Assembly (NCBI GenBank): GCA_907165135.1
Contig: OU015570.1
Location: forward strand, 2,067,929-2,131,928
Length of the DNA: 64,000 nt
Origin: Oikopleura dioica
Taxonomy: Eukaryota > Animalia > Chordata
Direction of reading: 5' to 3'
The position numbers were made by a program, and so were the translations under genes. The notes under the pieces are model-generated. The model was given only the letters and a program-made list of their open reading frames with translations, had not been told where the DNA came from and searched no databases. This document shows positions 22,020 through 33,225 of this stretch, piece after piece (within the stretch, counting starts at the first letter, position 1; the number at the start of each line of letters is the position of its first letter).

Positions 22020-22357
22020 TGTTGTAATATGCTTCCTCATTTATGACTTCTATGTACTAAGCTAAGTTCCTGCTAAGTAAGCATACTACTTTTGTATTGA
22101 CGGTAATTCGGTGTTTATTTGTGATTCTGGGGCAAGGCCAGAATGAGGAAAATGGGCATGGTCAGGCACTTTTATAGGAGCGCTCGCTCACAAGTCTCAC
22201 TTCGAGTTCGACTTTATTTCTGAGCTGCAGTTCCGAGTTGAGTGATGAGCTCGCGCTTCGCAGTTGGTGCTCGCGCTCGCCCCTCAGCTTCGGATTCTGT
22301 GAGCTTGGCTCGAGACTCAACTTTCGTTTTTGTAATCATAAGTTATGGACCATAACA
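22020..22357 (-). repeat. 3' LTR (338 bp)
   Basis: No difference from 45451-45788 seen by eye; minus-strand TATAAAA and AATAAA inside. Confidence 0.95.
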
Positions 22358-22370
22358 CTTTTCCCCCCTT
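22358..22370 (-). other. Polypurine tract
   Basis: Minus strand AAGGGGGGAAAAG immediately before the 3' LTR. Confidence 0.9.
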
Positions 22371-22400
22371 GCTGGCAAAATAAAATTGAGTTCAGGTTAC

Positions 22401-22596
22401 AGCTACAGTAAGGTTTAACGATGAGCTTCAGTAAAAATTAACGTTGAGCTACAGTAAGGTTTAACGTTGAGCTACAGAGAAGATTTACCTTGAGCTACAG
22501 TGAGGTTTAACGTTGAGCTACAGTAAAATTAGACGTTGAGCTACAGTGAAGTTTTTCGTTGAGCTACAGTAAGGTTTAACTTTGAGCTACAGTAAG
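22401..22596. repeat. 23-bp tandem repeat (agctacagtaaggtttaacgttg), ~8.5 copies
   Basis: Directly visible in the 3' untranslated part of the LTR element. Confidence 0.9.
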
Positions 22597-22730
22597 AGGT
22601 AAAAAGTTCTTAGTCGAAAAATTTGAAGGGCTGTTGCTGCTGTGTGAGGTCTTCTTCCCACCTATTCTTCCCCTCCTTCAGCCAGTGTCGTTGAGCTACG
22701 TTTGTGTCAGGATGTAAAAACACTAGTTTC

Positions 22731-23258
22731 TTACTTGAAGTTGTTTTGCTGCAAAGCCATCGTAAGAAATGCCATCCTTGAGCATCGGCAAAGTATGCAT
22801 TTTCTTGTAAGGCGAGCGAATTGTACGGCGCATTCAGGATGAAAGGAGTGAAGACAGCGCAGTGTTACTGTGGGGTTACCCTTTCGACAAATCGGGCATA
22901 AACGGCCGTTTGTATGATTCTCCATGTGTGTGGTAAAGAGACGAAGTCCCATCGAGTCCCAGCAAGCAGAACAATGATCATATTTTTTGCATCGCTCAAG
23001 GAAGCAGTTTATGTGAAGAAAGTGCCCACATTTTGCTTTGATACCCATCTTCATACTTGATTCACAGTCTCGCATTGAACAAATAACGCAGACTTCGTCA
23101 GGGTTTGGCGTTACTATTCGGCATCCTTCGACGAAAACGAACATGAAAGTTGTTGTAACGAGCCAATTGATGGGTGTTTCTTCGGCTTTTCTATTGACAG
23201 AGCTCGTTCTACCGGCTCTTTCAAGGCGACCACTCGAAAAATCGTTTCTGCTACTCAT
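22731..23258 (-). CDS. Tandem RING-H2 finger protein (putative E3 ubiquitin ligase), intronless
   Basis: CVIC...CGHFLHINC...CSAC and CPIC...CLHSFHPEC...CILC: two complete C3H2C3 patterns. Confidence 0.85.
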   Translation of the reverse strand: MSSRNDFSSGRLERAGRTSSVNRKAEETPINWLVTTTFMFVFVEGCRIVTPNPDEVCVICSMRDCESSMKMGIKAKCGHFLHINCFLERCKKYDHCSACWDSMGLRLFTTHMENHTNGRLCPICRKGNPTVTLRCLHSFHPECAVQFARLTRKCILCRCSRMAFLTMALQQNNFK

Positions 23259-25288
23259 GATCTGAATCAGAGTTCTAATAGTTTCTGTCAGCTAACAATA
23301 ATGGATGTCTTTAACAGCTGAAAATTTCATCGTTTTAGCTATGTTTCTTCAAAAGAAGAGCTTTTAGCAAAAACTGTATAGAAAGAACTATTACAGTAAA
23401 AATTTAGTTCGCTTTCCGTGAAAAAGCGTTGTTGTTCAGAATTTTGTTTTTAAATGCCGTTAATTCATGTTTTAGAACAGAATCTGAATATATATCCTTA
23501 TTTTTTAAAGCTCATCTATCATGGTATTCCTTTTTTTTTTAAGTGAGCCCATAAAATTGAACTTACAGTTAATCTTTAGCGTTGAACTACAGGAGGATAG
23601 GTTTTATCATAATAACAATCTTCTTTTTGACTTTAACGCGAGTTTTCTTTGTGAAAAGAAACACTCGGCGAAACTTTTAAAAGCGTTGATTCTTTTAGTT
23701 CACATGTTCTGATTTCCATCAGATTTTCGATAAAGACAGACGTAAGCTAAATAATTTCAATTATGAACCGTTATGGGCTTGTTTTTTCAAAGAGGAAGAA
23801 AAAGGGAATGAATGAAAGTACTATTTTAATGAATATTTATCTTAAGGGTACGGCTATCGATTTTGAAAGGGGCTTATTCTGATTGTTGAAAATACTTTGT
23901 CGTTTCCTAAATTTAAGGAGGTTCCGTCAGTTTTTGGTGAATTGAGTCTCGTGCGGACCAAATTTTCGAAAAAATCTGTATTAAGGCTAGTTTTTATTAA
24001 ATTAAATGATCTAAGGGGATAAAGTCCGATAAAGATTATTAATTTTGCGCTTTCCGAAAATCAGGTTCGTGCGGATGAAATTTTGTGGCGACACCCTTAG
24101 TCGATTTTACTTGCTGTTTCGAAAAAGTATCAGACTTTGAATTTACAAAGTCGATTTTCGGCAATATTTGAGATTGCGCTCGAAAGATTTTTTTATAAAA
24201 ATTTCTACCGTCACCTGAGCTACAGTCGAAATTCGTAACGAAGAATTTAAAATCGATTGATTCCAAAGCGGGGGTGGGGTTCCTTAAGTCAGAAATTTCC
24301 AATAATTGAACATTATTTTCATCAATGGGTATTCTGATTGGTTCCGAGAAACAAAGATCAAGTTAAGCCAATCGATTTAATTGAAACCCGTGATCTGCGC
24401 TAGAATTGACCCTTTCATAGTTATTCGAGCGTTACGGTGGTGTTCTTCACTACTGTTTGCTCCAAATGATTTTATTGGCCGTAAAATTTTGAACTTCTCG
24501 TTTTCCGCCTTGACCTCTTTATTTTTATGGTTTCTGCCTGAGCGCTTCAACCGAGTTTCTGAATTTCAGAATTTCTCATTATAAAAAATCGGTCAAAAAG
24601 AAAGGCCGTGAAAATGATTTTTTCAAAACTAGAGGTTTAAAGAAGAAACGCAAAGAAAGAATAAGATGGAAGACGAATTTTTGAAAACATCTAAAGTAAG
24701 TCGGGAGCAATTCTATTTAAGCGCATTTTCGGACTAAGTAAAATTTAAGGGTTTACATTCCTTTTAGATTTTCCGGATTTGGCATTTTCCGAAAATGAAA
24801 ATTTCACGAATCAAAGATTACAAATTATCTTACTCCAACCTTTAGTTTCATTCAAACTAAAAGGGGCGACTCTAAAATGGCCAATAAGAAATTCATTCCA
24901 TAATTTGGGCTTAAATTTTCTTAAATCCAATGCAACTTAAAACCCAAGAATTTATTTAAAAATCGACCGAACCCAAAGGGTTTTGCGCTCATAATTAAAG
25001 TAAGCCTCCATCTTTAAGGATACCCCTTACAATTTTCCATTGAACTACGACTCCCGATTCGAATCGTCATTTCAAATATTCGGTTCTAGAAGATCAGCAG
25101 GGGACAAGCACTCGAAAGCAAAAATTCTCCAGGTCACGTGACCTTCACGAGTATTATTTTAAATAAATAGAATCGTTTGATAATCCCTAAAACCTGGAAT
25201 GAGCAGAAATATTGGGCACTAGTTAAGATTTATGTTACCGTTAATGCGAACTTTTTCTTGGCTTGATTTGGGTGGGTCAAAAGTTATT

Positions 25289-25900
25289 TACCATTGGTCG
25301 AGAAAAATATAATTTTCACCAAAATTTCCAAACTTATTTTTTTGTTTTCTCTATACTCTAGATGTGTTCTAGAGGTCCTAAAACCCCCCTTTCGCCAGAA
25401 AAAACCACGTGAAGCAAAGAAAAAATCGATTTTTCGACTCGAAAACTCGAAAATCGGAAATTTTCACCAGCCCATTACTCATCCTTATCGATGAGTCAGC
25501 ATGATGAATCATACCTCATTAGATAGCTCAGAGTCTGAACTTGTACGGACCGTTGAGAAACCGGTGCGGACTTCAACCGGTTGGTCACACGGTAAGGTTG
25601 AAAGTTGGTCAATTTTCCGAAATTTCAAAAAATGCCCATCTTCAAGCGATGATTACTCATACTTCCTGATCACTAATTTTGGCCAGTATATGGCCACTTA
25701 TGGTCGACTTTGGTCAAGTTTGGCCGGAGGACCCCGGAGGACCTCCCTGGTGGAAGACCATCCGCTGGAAGACCAATACTTAGTATTTCAATATATGGCT
25801 GTGCTCGGCCAATTAATGGCCACGTATGGTCAAATTTGGTCTCGTTAGGCCGAAAGTCCTCCGGAGGACCTCCCTGGTGGAAGACAATCTGCTGGAAGTC
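25289..25900 (+). repeat. Left TIR with ~120-bp internal repeats
   Basis: The same spurious ORFs (MVEKNIIFTK..., MMNHTSLDSS...) occur on + here and on - at 39166-39657. Confidence 0.92.
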
Positions 25901-26049
25901 CAAAATTAAATAATGAAATAAAATGCTTGCTGGGCTAAGAATTGAAATCTTCGGCAAACTCTGGTCACGAGAACATTAGAATCATATTTTGCGACTGTTC
26001 TAAGTTAAAAAAACATTTATTTCGACAAGAAGAAAAATCAAAACTCATA

Positions 26050-26780
26050 GAAATAATGAAGTTTGAAAATCGGAGTAGAACTTTGACGTTCCAGGTCGAT
26101 CATAAGAACTGGTTCCGTTGTTGGTGTATGAAGAATAGCCGGCTCTCTGGAATCGCTGTCAGCATATCCAATTCCATCGGTACTGATCCCAACTACCCAA
26201 GAGCTTAGAAAAAGGATGCGCTTTTTTGACTATGTTAAAATCTTATATTTTGAGCTATTAAGGTATCATACATGTTTCTAACATTTCAGCGCAGCCCAAC
26301 CTATCGCGCTCTGAAAGTGGAGCTATTTTTCTCAAGATTTTTGTCTCTGTTCGAATTGGAGCTTCGGTAGCTATTGTGATAACGGAATCTTCGGAGTTAC
26401 TAAGTCCATTTGGGAATTTTATGACTGACGCTATTTTGCCAAATTTAGCAAAGGAGATCCAGCCCTATATAAGCTCTGCAAGATACGAATTCCCTTTTTT
26501 TTTAAATTTAAATGGATGATTGACGAGATTGAGACTTCACTTAGCCTGCTTTGTGTCGAGCCTAGTCCTTATAGTCCCACAGTTCGGGATGGATTTCAGA
26601 GTCTTCACAGATTCGGTTAATTGTTAACTTTGCCTCAGTGAAGATGTTGTTCCGAACTGTAAACTTCCGAGCCGCGGCTATTGAATGAAGTCTACTATCA
26701 TTTCTCTCATTGAGCTCATCGTCGGATGAAATCGATTCAGGATGCGAATAATTATAAAAATCGTCTTCACAACTGCTCAT
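26050..26780 (-). CDS. Orphan multi-exon gene, divergent from the Env-like gene, possibly degraded
   Basis: ORF 26562-26780 (MSSCEDDFY...) followed by further exon-like segments; 3' end uncertain. Confidence 0.35.
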
Positions 26781-27070
26781 TTTTGGTTTTCTCGAACTGA
26801 AGCTTGAAATTTTTTTTTTGTATTCTATGGCTTTGGCTTCCTTTGTTTCAATAAATGGTCATGGTCAAGGCATTAAAATTCATAAATGCAAAAAAGATTC
26901 GGATTAAAAATTTTGAAACTTCAACAAATCGAACAACAGACAAACCAGAGCGATAAAGATTAAATGTGAAAAAGAAATTCGAAATTTCTGAAACAAATAA
27001 ATTAAGCTCGCTGTCATAAGGATATGATTTGATGCATGTTTTTCCAAAATTAAGAATCGAGCGCTAGAAT

Positions 27071-27188
27071 TGACGTCAATGCAAATTGCGCGCTTTGTAC
27101 AAAAAAATGGATCGCCACGATTGCTTGATTTTAAATTTATGAAAAACTGTAACGGTGCCAAAAAATTATCAATTAGTCGGGTATAAAA
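27071..27188 (+). promoter_or_regulatory. Putative promoter of the Env-like gene (CRE-type TGACGTCA and TATAAAA)
   Basis: TGACGTCA at 27071-27078; TATAAAA at 27182-27188, ~40 nt before the ATG at 27225. Confidence 0.45.
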
Positions 27189-27224
27189 GGGTGACGGCTG
27201 ATTTCTATCTTCATCATTCTAGCA

Positions 27225-30200
27225 ATGGGGCTTAAAGCAATCATTTTCATATTGCTGCTTGCCTCCATCTATCTTATTCAACGTGACAATTTCCGTATAG
27301 TTAGAGAAACTTACAAAGAAATTTTTGAAAAAGAGAAACCAAATCAGCGAAGTCGAAGAGAAATTGATGACGAAGACTACGCAGAATGGCTTGCCGTTAG
27401 CTCAACACATCCAGCTCCTAGCGAAAAATCACCAAAACCTCATAAGATTCTTCTATCAAATCAATTTTCGCTCAATGGCACGGTTTCAAATCACAAAATT
27501 TATACATTTAGGGAAGGTTCGATATCATTTAAATTGAAGTTTTTTCTTTTTGAGAAAAGACAGGAAATTTCAAAAATCGTTTATTCATCGATATTGAACT
27601 CTAAGAAGTGCTTTACATTCATTTGCATTAAAAATGAAAATTGACACTCCTATACCTGAGACGTCGAAAAATGATGAAAAGGTTTGTTATTTCTGTTGAT
27701 ATAACGTGCTACCTGAATTTTTAGCTTCTAAAAATACCAACTCTACTCTCAATCATCAGCGAAAAACCCGCGATTTTGGCGAGCTTCTTATTTCAGCGAA
27801 CTGAAGATGGTTTAAAACACTGCGCACTCAATACTGGTATTCCATCAGATGTTTACAAACGCGTTCTCAGAATGATTATGGTGGAAAAATGCGCAAAGGT
27901 TACTCATGACTATAAACCTTCTCTTATAAGATTAAGATGAATGATTTTGAAAAAACAATACACGAGTCGATTAGAACTAATATGGTTGACCCATCTGATC
28001 CATGTGTCGCGGCTTTGATTCACGCAGTGGAAAAGACTCTTAGAAGTTTAAGCCGTGAACATCGTGCTTTGCCAGAAAATTTCCAGGATTTTGTTACTTC
28101 AGGATCAGGGCGGAAAAATCCTTTAAAAACAATGATCAAAAATAAGAAAATTTTTCAAGCTCTTTCAGCACTTTACAATTATCAAAGTCATTCAAGTTAT
28201 TGTGCGACGATCTTCAACTCTTTTCGAAGTTACAAGTCAACTCTAAATATAGATTCGGTCAACAACGAAGACTTTTCCCGAGAAGATGAAGTATAAATAA
28301 GTATTTATTTCAAATAATTAACAAAATTAGTACCTCGGACTCACTACACAGCAACTCAAGTCTCTCGCTTTGCTCATTGATCATTTTGATCATCAACACA
28401 GGTCGTGATTAAATAACATTTAAATAATATTTTTATTTAAACTTCATATTTTTAAATCATCACAGACTCCTTCCGAAAATTGTCTTTCGAGAGTTTCTTT
28501 TCACGTTTAAAACTGGAAGTCGTCGTCAGAGAAGACATCTCTTTTTATCGGGCAGTAATTACTGGAGAATCTCAAATTTACAGAAAGAAATGAAAGGATT
28601 TCAAGCATATGGGTTCATCTCTAATGATTTATTTATTTTATAAGGTTTAATTCATGTTCAACCCATTCAAGATGCTGTTGACTCCGCAATAAAAACAACA
28701 AAAACAAGTTTATTCCAAATCACAGGATCGGGTCGACTCGCAGTTAATCTTTATGTTTGTTCTTGATTAAGTTTCATTATTTTTATATTTTGCCACGATC
28801 CTTTATCTAGATTCTGTGGAAGCAATTTCATCTTCTCTTGATTTTTTCGAGACGAGATCTGCCGTTCGACGAGGTTATGATGACAAAGAAGCATTTTTCT
28901 CCTGTCTTCGACAGCAGGGTCAATTTTGTCATAGCCACTCAAGTTTCCAAAGTTTAAAAAATGTACTTAACTTTAAAAAATAGATTATTTTTATGCATAT
29001 TAAAAGTTTACTTTTAATAAATTTAATCAAAAAATATTTAAACAAGATAAGACATTTTATGGCACTTTTGTATGCTTTTTGTGTCGGATCGAATCCTTAT
29101 TCTGAAGACAACTGCATAGGTTGTAAATTGCCTTATTTATTTATATAATAAATCTATTAGATTTGGTGGATTCTGACTTGGTTCGAGTCTCCTATCAGGG
29201 TGCATCGATCAGCGAAGAGTAAGAATTCAATTTTCTCGTAAATTTTTAAATTTATTAGTGATAATTCAATGGATGCTATCATTGATCTGGAAATTCAAAT
29301 TCCTCTAGACTTGAAGGCTTATTACCAAATAAATTTCGAGTATCTGCCGATTCTGACGCGAATGGGAAATTATGGAATAGTCAAGGACAGTTTGAAATTT
29401 AATTCAAATTATTTTAATTAAAATCGAAAATCGATAGAAATGTTCTTTGATTTGTTTTTTTTTTTATCAAATTGTACTAAAGGAACCATGCTTGGAGGTA
29501 AAAACAATTTATTATCTTTCATTAAAAATTGAAGGACCACATATTTGGAGTTAATGAAACCAAGGAGGGATCAAAGGTGACCAATTTTAAGAAAAAAAAG
29601 TAATTATAGAAGCTCTGACAGTTCTCTTTAAATTATTTTAGTTGTCGAACAAGCACTTGTCATGGGTCATTTACCTTCCTTTGTAATGATGCAGACAAAA
29701 TATACGGATTAAATGAAGATTCTCAGAGTTTGCCAATTTGCTCTCGTCCTCTTATCCAGGTATTTAAAAAACATGATTCCGTTTTTCTCCTTTTTTTATA
29801 TCATAGACGGAGGTGCATTCATATCACGACAAGACGTGTATTGTGACAACAGAAAATCGTGTTCTTAAAGCCGAGGGAAAAAATCTTGTCAATGTCGCCC
29901 AAGAAGATGGAATAACCTGCCTTCCCCATCATAGATCTATTTCTTACAGTGTAGAGTAGGGTCAAAAATCTTCATTCTTAAACATTTTCGGTTTTTATAT
30001 TTCATCTATCTATGATGATTATCAAGATAATCTGACCCGTTTGCAAAGCCGTTGGTGATATGACCGTTCAAATTCCCTCACAACAGTTTTTGTCTCCAGA
30101 AATTTATTTTAGGTAAATCCTTCTTCAGCATTAGACAGATTGCCTTAATTTTACAAAGCTTGGACCTCGCCACACGCTTCGCTTCACAACAAACAAATTA

Positions 30201-30730
30201 TCTACAAACGCTTATTGAGTCAATTGAAGCACCTGAATTCACTTCTTGGTCAACATTTTATGAAAACGGTTAGATTGTTGTAAAATCATAAGATATAAAA
30301 TATTGATTTAGCCAAAAACATCAGTGTTTTCTCGCCGAATCAAATCTTCAGTTTTCTTGAAAAAGGGACGAATAGTGCGCTTCATGCTCTTTTTCCTTCA
30401 TTCGGCGACTCATTTCTCTCTTCCAAATTTCGGAGCATTTTAGTCAAGATTCTTTCCGTTATCTTGATCTATGTTTTTATAAAGGCTTGGTTCCAAAGAT
30501 TTAAGACTTGTTTAGAGATAATTAAACAGCAATGGGAAACCAATTTAAAGGAAATCATCAAAAAATTGCTATTTAGTATCATATTCTGAGCTAGATCTTC
30601 TGTCAAATTTTCTTTATATTGAATGCTTCTCAAGTAGTTGAAACATGACCTTAATGTGATGTTTTTCAGATGCTTGTGTTTCTCGTTTTTGCTTATCTCT
30701 TTTGGCAGTATAAATCGAGGAAAAAAAATG
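27225..30730 (+). CDS. Intron-rich class I fusion (F/Env-like) glycoprotein region: signal peptide to TM
   Basis: Signal MGLKAIIFILLLASIYLI; RSRR (27348-27359); RRQRR|HLFLSGSNYWRISNLQKEMKGF (28521); LLYAFC...NC; IIDLEIQIPL...YYQINFEYLPI (29278-29352); CRTSTCHGSFTFLC...C (29643-29759); heptad-like LDLATRFASQQTNYLQTLIESI; TM IFCQIFFILNASQMLVFLVFAYLFW followed by KSRKK. Confidence 0.7.
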
Positions 30731-32265
30731 GTCCTATTAGTCTTCGAAGTCTACGAGGTCGAGGAAAATCATATATCGGCCCCTTTTTTCAATTTAATGA
30801 TCAATGCGCGACATGTGGATACTTACAGACGAGACAGCATAATTGCGTACCCCTGCAGTGTTGCAGAAATATTTATAATAATATAAATTCGTACAATGAG
30901 TATGTCTCATAATGAATTTCATTTATTCATAAAATTTTAGTCACATTCTTCATCATCACAGACACGATCTTATTGTCGAAGAACAAGTCTATCCTGATAC
31001 CAAGAAAAACTTGGATAATTTTAAAAAAATGCACAAAAGGACGGTATTATCATCATATTTAAAAAGAGATATTTTTGTTATTACCTTGACAAAGCCGGCG
31101 ATTAAATCACTTCTACTGTGATGTCTGCGACGCTGTTTTCAAAAGATCAGCTGTGAATAAAAAGGAACATGAGGCATGCTGCCAGGGGATAATTTGTGAA
31201 GTATGTAAAACACGTATTCCGAAAAAATTCTTCGATGATCACAAAAATTTCTGCAAAGAGTAAGTTTTTTTTGTACTCGCATGATCTTACATTATAAGAG
31301 CTCATTCACCACTGCAAGAAGAGATATTTCCAGATGAACCTGATGACGATGTATTTCTTGATGATTCCGATATTGAGAAAGGACGAATGGATGTTGACAA
31401 TAAATCAGATTCATCAGATGACGATATAACAAAAGAGCTTGAGAAAACTGCGATAAACAGCCAAAGATCCGCGCAAAGCAGACTCAAGTAAAAATATGCA
31501 ACTAGGTTAAAATCACGATTGAACTAGAAAAAAAATTCGAGAATCAACGAACTCATTGACTGGCGAATACGACGTCCAAGCATCGTCTCTAAATATGAAT
31601 GTGGAGCTTAAAAGAAAGAAAATTCAAGATTTGAATCTTACGATTGAAGAGCTTTCGTATGCCGGTCTTATTCCATTCGATCGAATCATGGAGCAAATGG
31701 ACAATCTATTTGAGGCACATGGAAATTTGGCTACACGAATCGTTTTAGCAACCGCATTTGGAAATCAAACAGAAGATTCTCAGAAATATCTTCTGAAATT
31801 TATAAAAGAAGATTCTGAATTCTATTTGAGGTTTACGCCTATCCTTAAAAATTATAAGTTAAAATTAAGCAAATATCGGATTAAACGAGCAATCGAAGAT
31901 TCCAATTCTTTAAAGAACAATCAACCGATTGAGCGTCTTAACAGGGCCGAAAAAGTTCCTGAAGAGCTTCAAATGAAAATATTCATTGCTTGGCTTGAGG
32001 CTTCAGGAAAGAAAGCAAACATTCTCCATCTTTTCAATTTTGGAGTAATTTTGTTGCCTTTAAAAGTTCCAATTCCAAGAGGAAGAACATCTCTTAAGAA
32101 AATAAGTCTCCTGAGTAGGCCCGAAAAGCAGATTCTTCGAACAGTTGGCTTTACAGAACATGTGAAGGAAAAGACGAAAGAGGTGTATGCTGAGACAACC
32201 CAGGAAGGGATAATGCTTCTTTTTTTATTTTATATTGAACAATATCTTTTCAATCAAATCAATTT

Positions 32266-32488
32266 GGCTGATCCTATTTTCAGTAGATTTTTTTCTGGAC
32301 CTATTTTTCAAATCGATTTTTAAGGGTGTCAGGGGCCTTCCGGCCCCTTCAAACCCTGATAAAAACCCGGCCCGGGACCCAGGCTTTCTTTTGGTCCAAG
32401 AAGACACCCTTAATTATTATTCTAACACCCTTAAAAATCGGTTTGAAAAATAGGTCCAGAAAAAAATCTACTGAAAATAGGACTTGCC
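32266..32488. mobile_element. MITE with 9-bp TSD (MULE/Merlin-like), intronic
   Basis: ~65-bp TIRs; aatcaattt duplicated at 32257-32265 and 32489-32497. Confidence 0.88.
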
Positions 32489-32712
32489 AATCAATTTTTA
32501 TCCAAGAAAAGTATATTTGCGTAGCGACAAAAAAAGAATGCATTCAGAAAATACAAGAAAGTGTCTGTGAAGAGCTTTCGCAGTATCTTTGCGTAAAGTA
32601 TAAACCGTTCTTCATTTTTTTCAAAAGGTACAATCTCATAACAGATTTGTTAATAAATTTAAAGTGAGCATGGATTCTGGAAAGATCAATGCTTATGCGA
32701 ATGGTTTCTTAA

Positions 32713-33225
32713 GGGTAAAACATCAAATCGGAGCGGCGCGCCACGCTGGATCAGCGCCCCGCCGTGACCTACTTTTCAAAGGGCCTTAACCTCTGAACGG
32801 ATGAACTTTTTTCAAATTTTGTTTTGGATTAAGATAATTGAAGCCTTATCTCGTCGCTTACTGAAAATAAGCGAAGTCGTAAACTTAGAAATGGAAAAAA
32901 CTGACATAAGTCATTCTAAGGATCATATAAAATTCTAGAGACCTTCAAAATTCGATCTGAGACAACGAACATTTAGTTCAAACGAAGTTCGTATAAAAAT
33001 TGTGAGAGGAGATTGATTTTAACCAACTTATGTCAGTTTCTCCCACTTTTTAGTAAACGATTTCGCTTATTTTCAGTATGCAAAGAGGTAAGGCTTTAAT
33101 TTTGTCAATCCAAAAGAAAGTTTTAAAAAAAGTTCATCCGTTCAGAAGTAACGGCCCTTTGAAAATAAGGTCACGGCGGGGCGCTGATCCAGCGTGGCGC
33201 GCCGCTCCGATTTGATGTTTTTCCC
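32713..33225. mobile_element. MITE, TTAA TSD, long TIRs, inserted in a transposase exon
   Basis: ttaa|gggtaaaacatcaaatcggagcggcgcgcc ... ggcgcgccgctccgatttgatgtttttccc|ttaa. Confidence 0.9.

Noticed and set aside
22401-22596. 23-bp repeats as a CRISPR array
   Set aside because: Head-to-tail units with no unique spacers, no cas genes, eukaryotic context; the same applies to 43590-44870.
25294-25957. ORFs MVEKNIIFTK... and MMNHTSLDSS... and their mirror copies at 38993-39657 as genes
   Set aside because: They lie wholly in the TIRs, differ by frameshifts between arms and show no protein motifs.
27225-30730. Env-like gene as the env of the surrounding LTR element
   Set aside because: It is antisense to that element, intron-rich and enclosed by the TIRs of the nested transposon.
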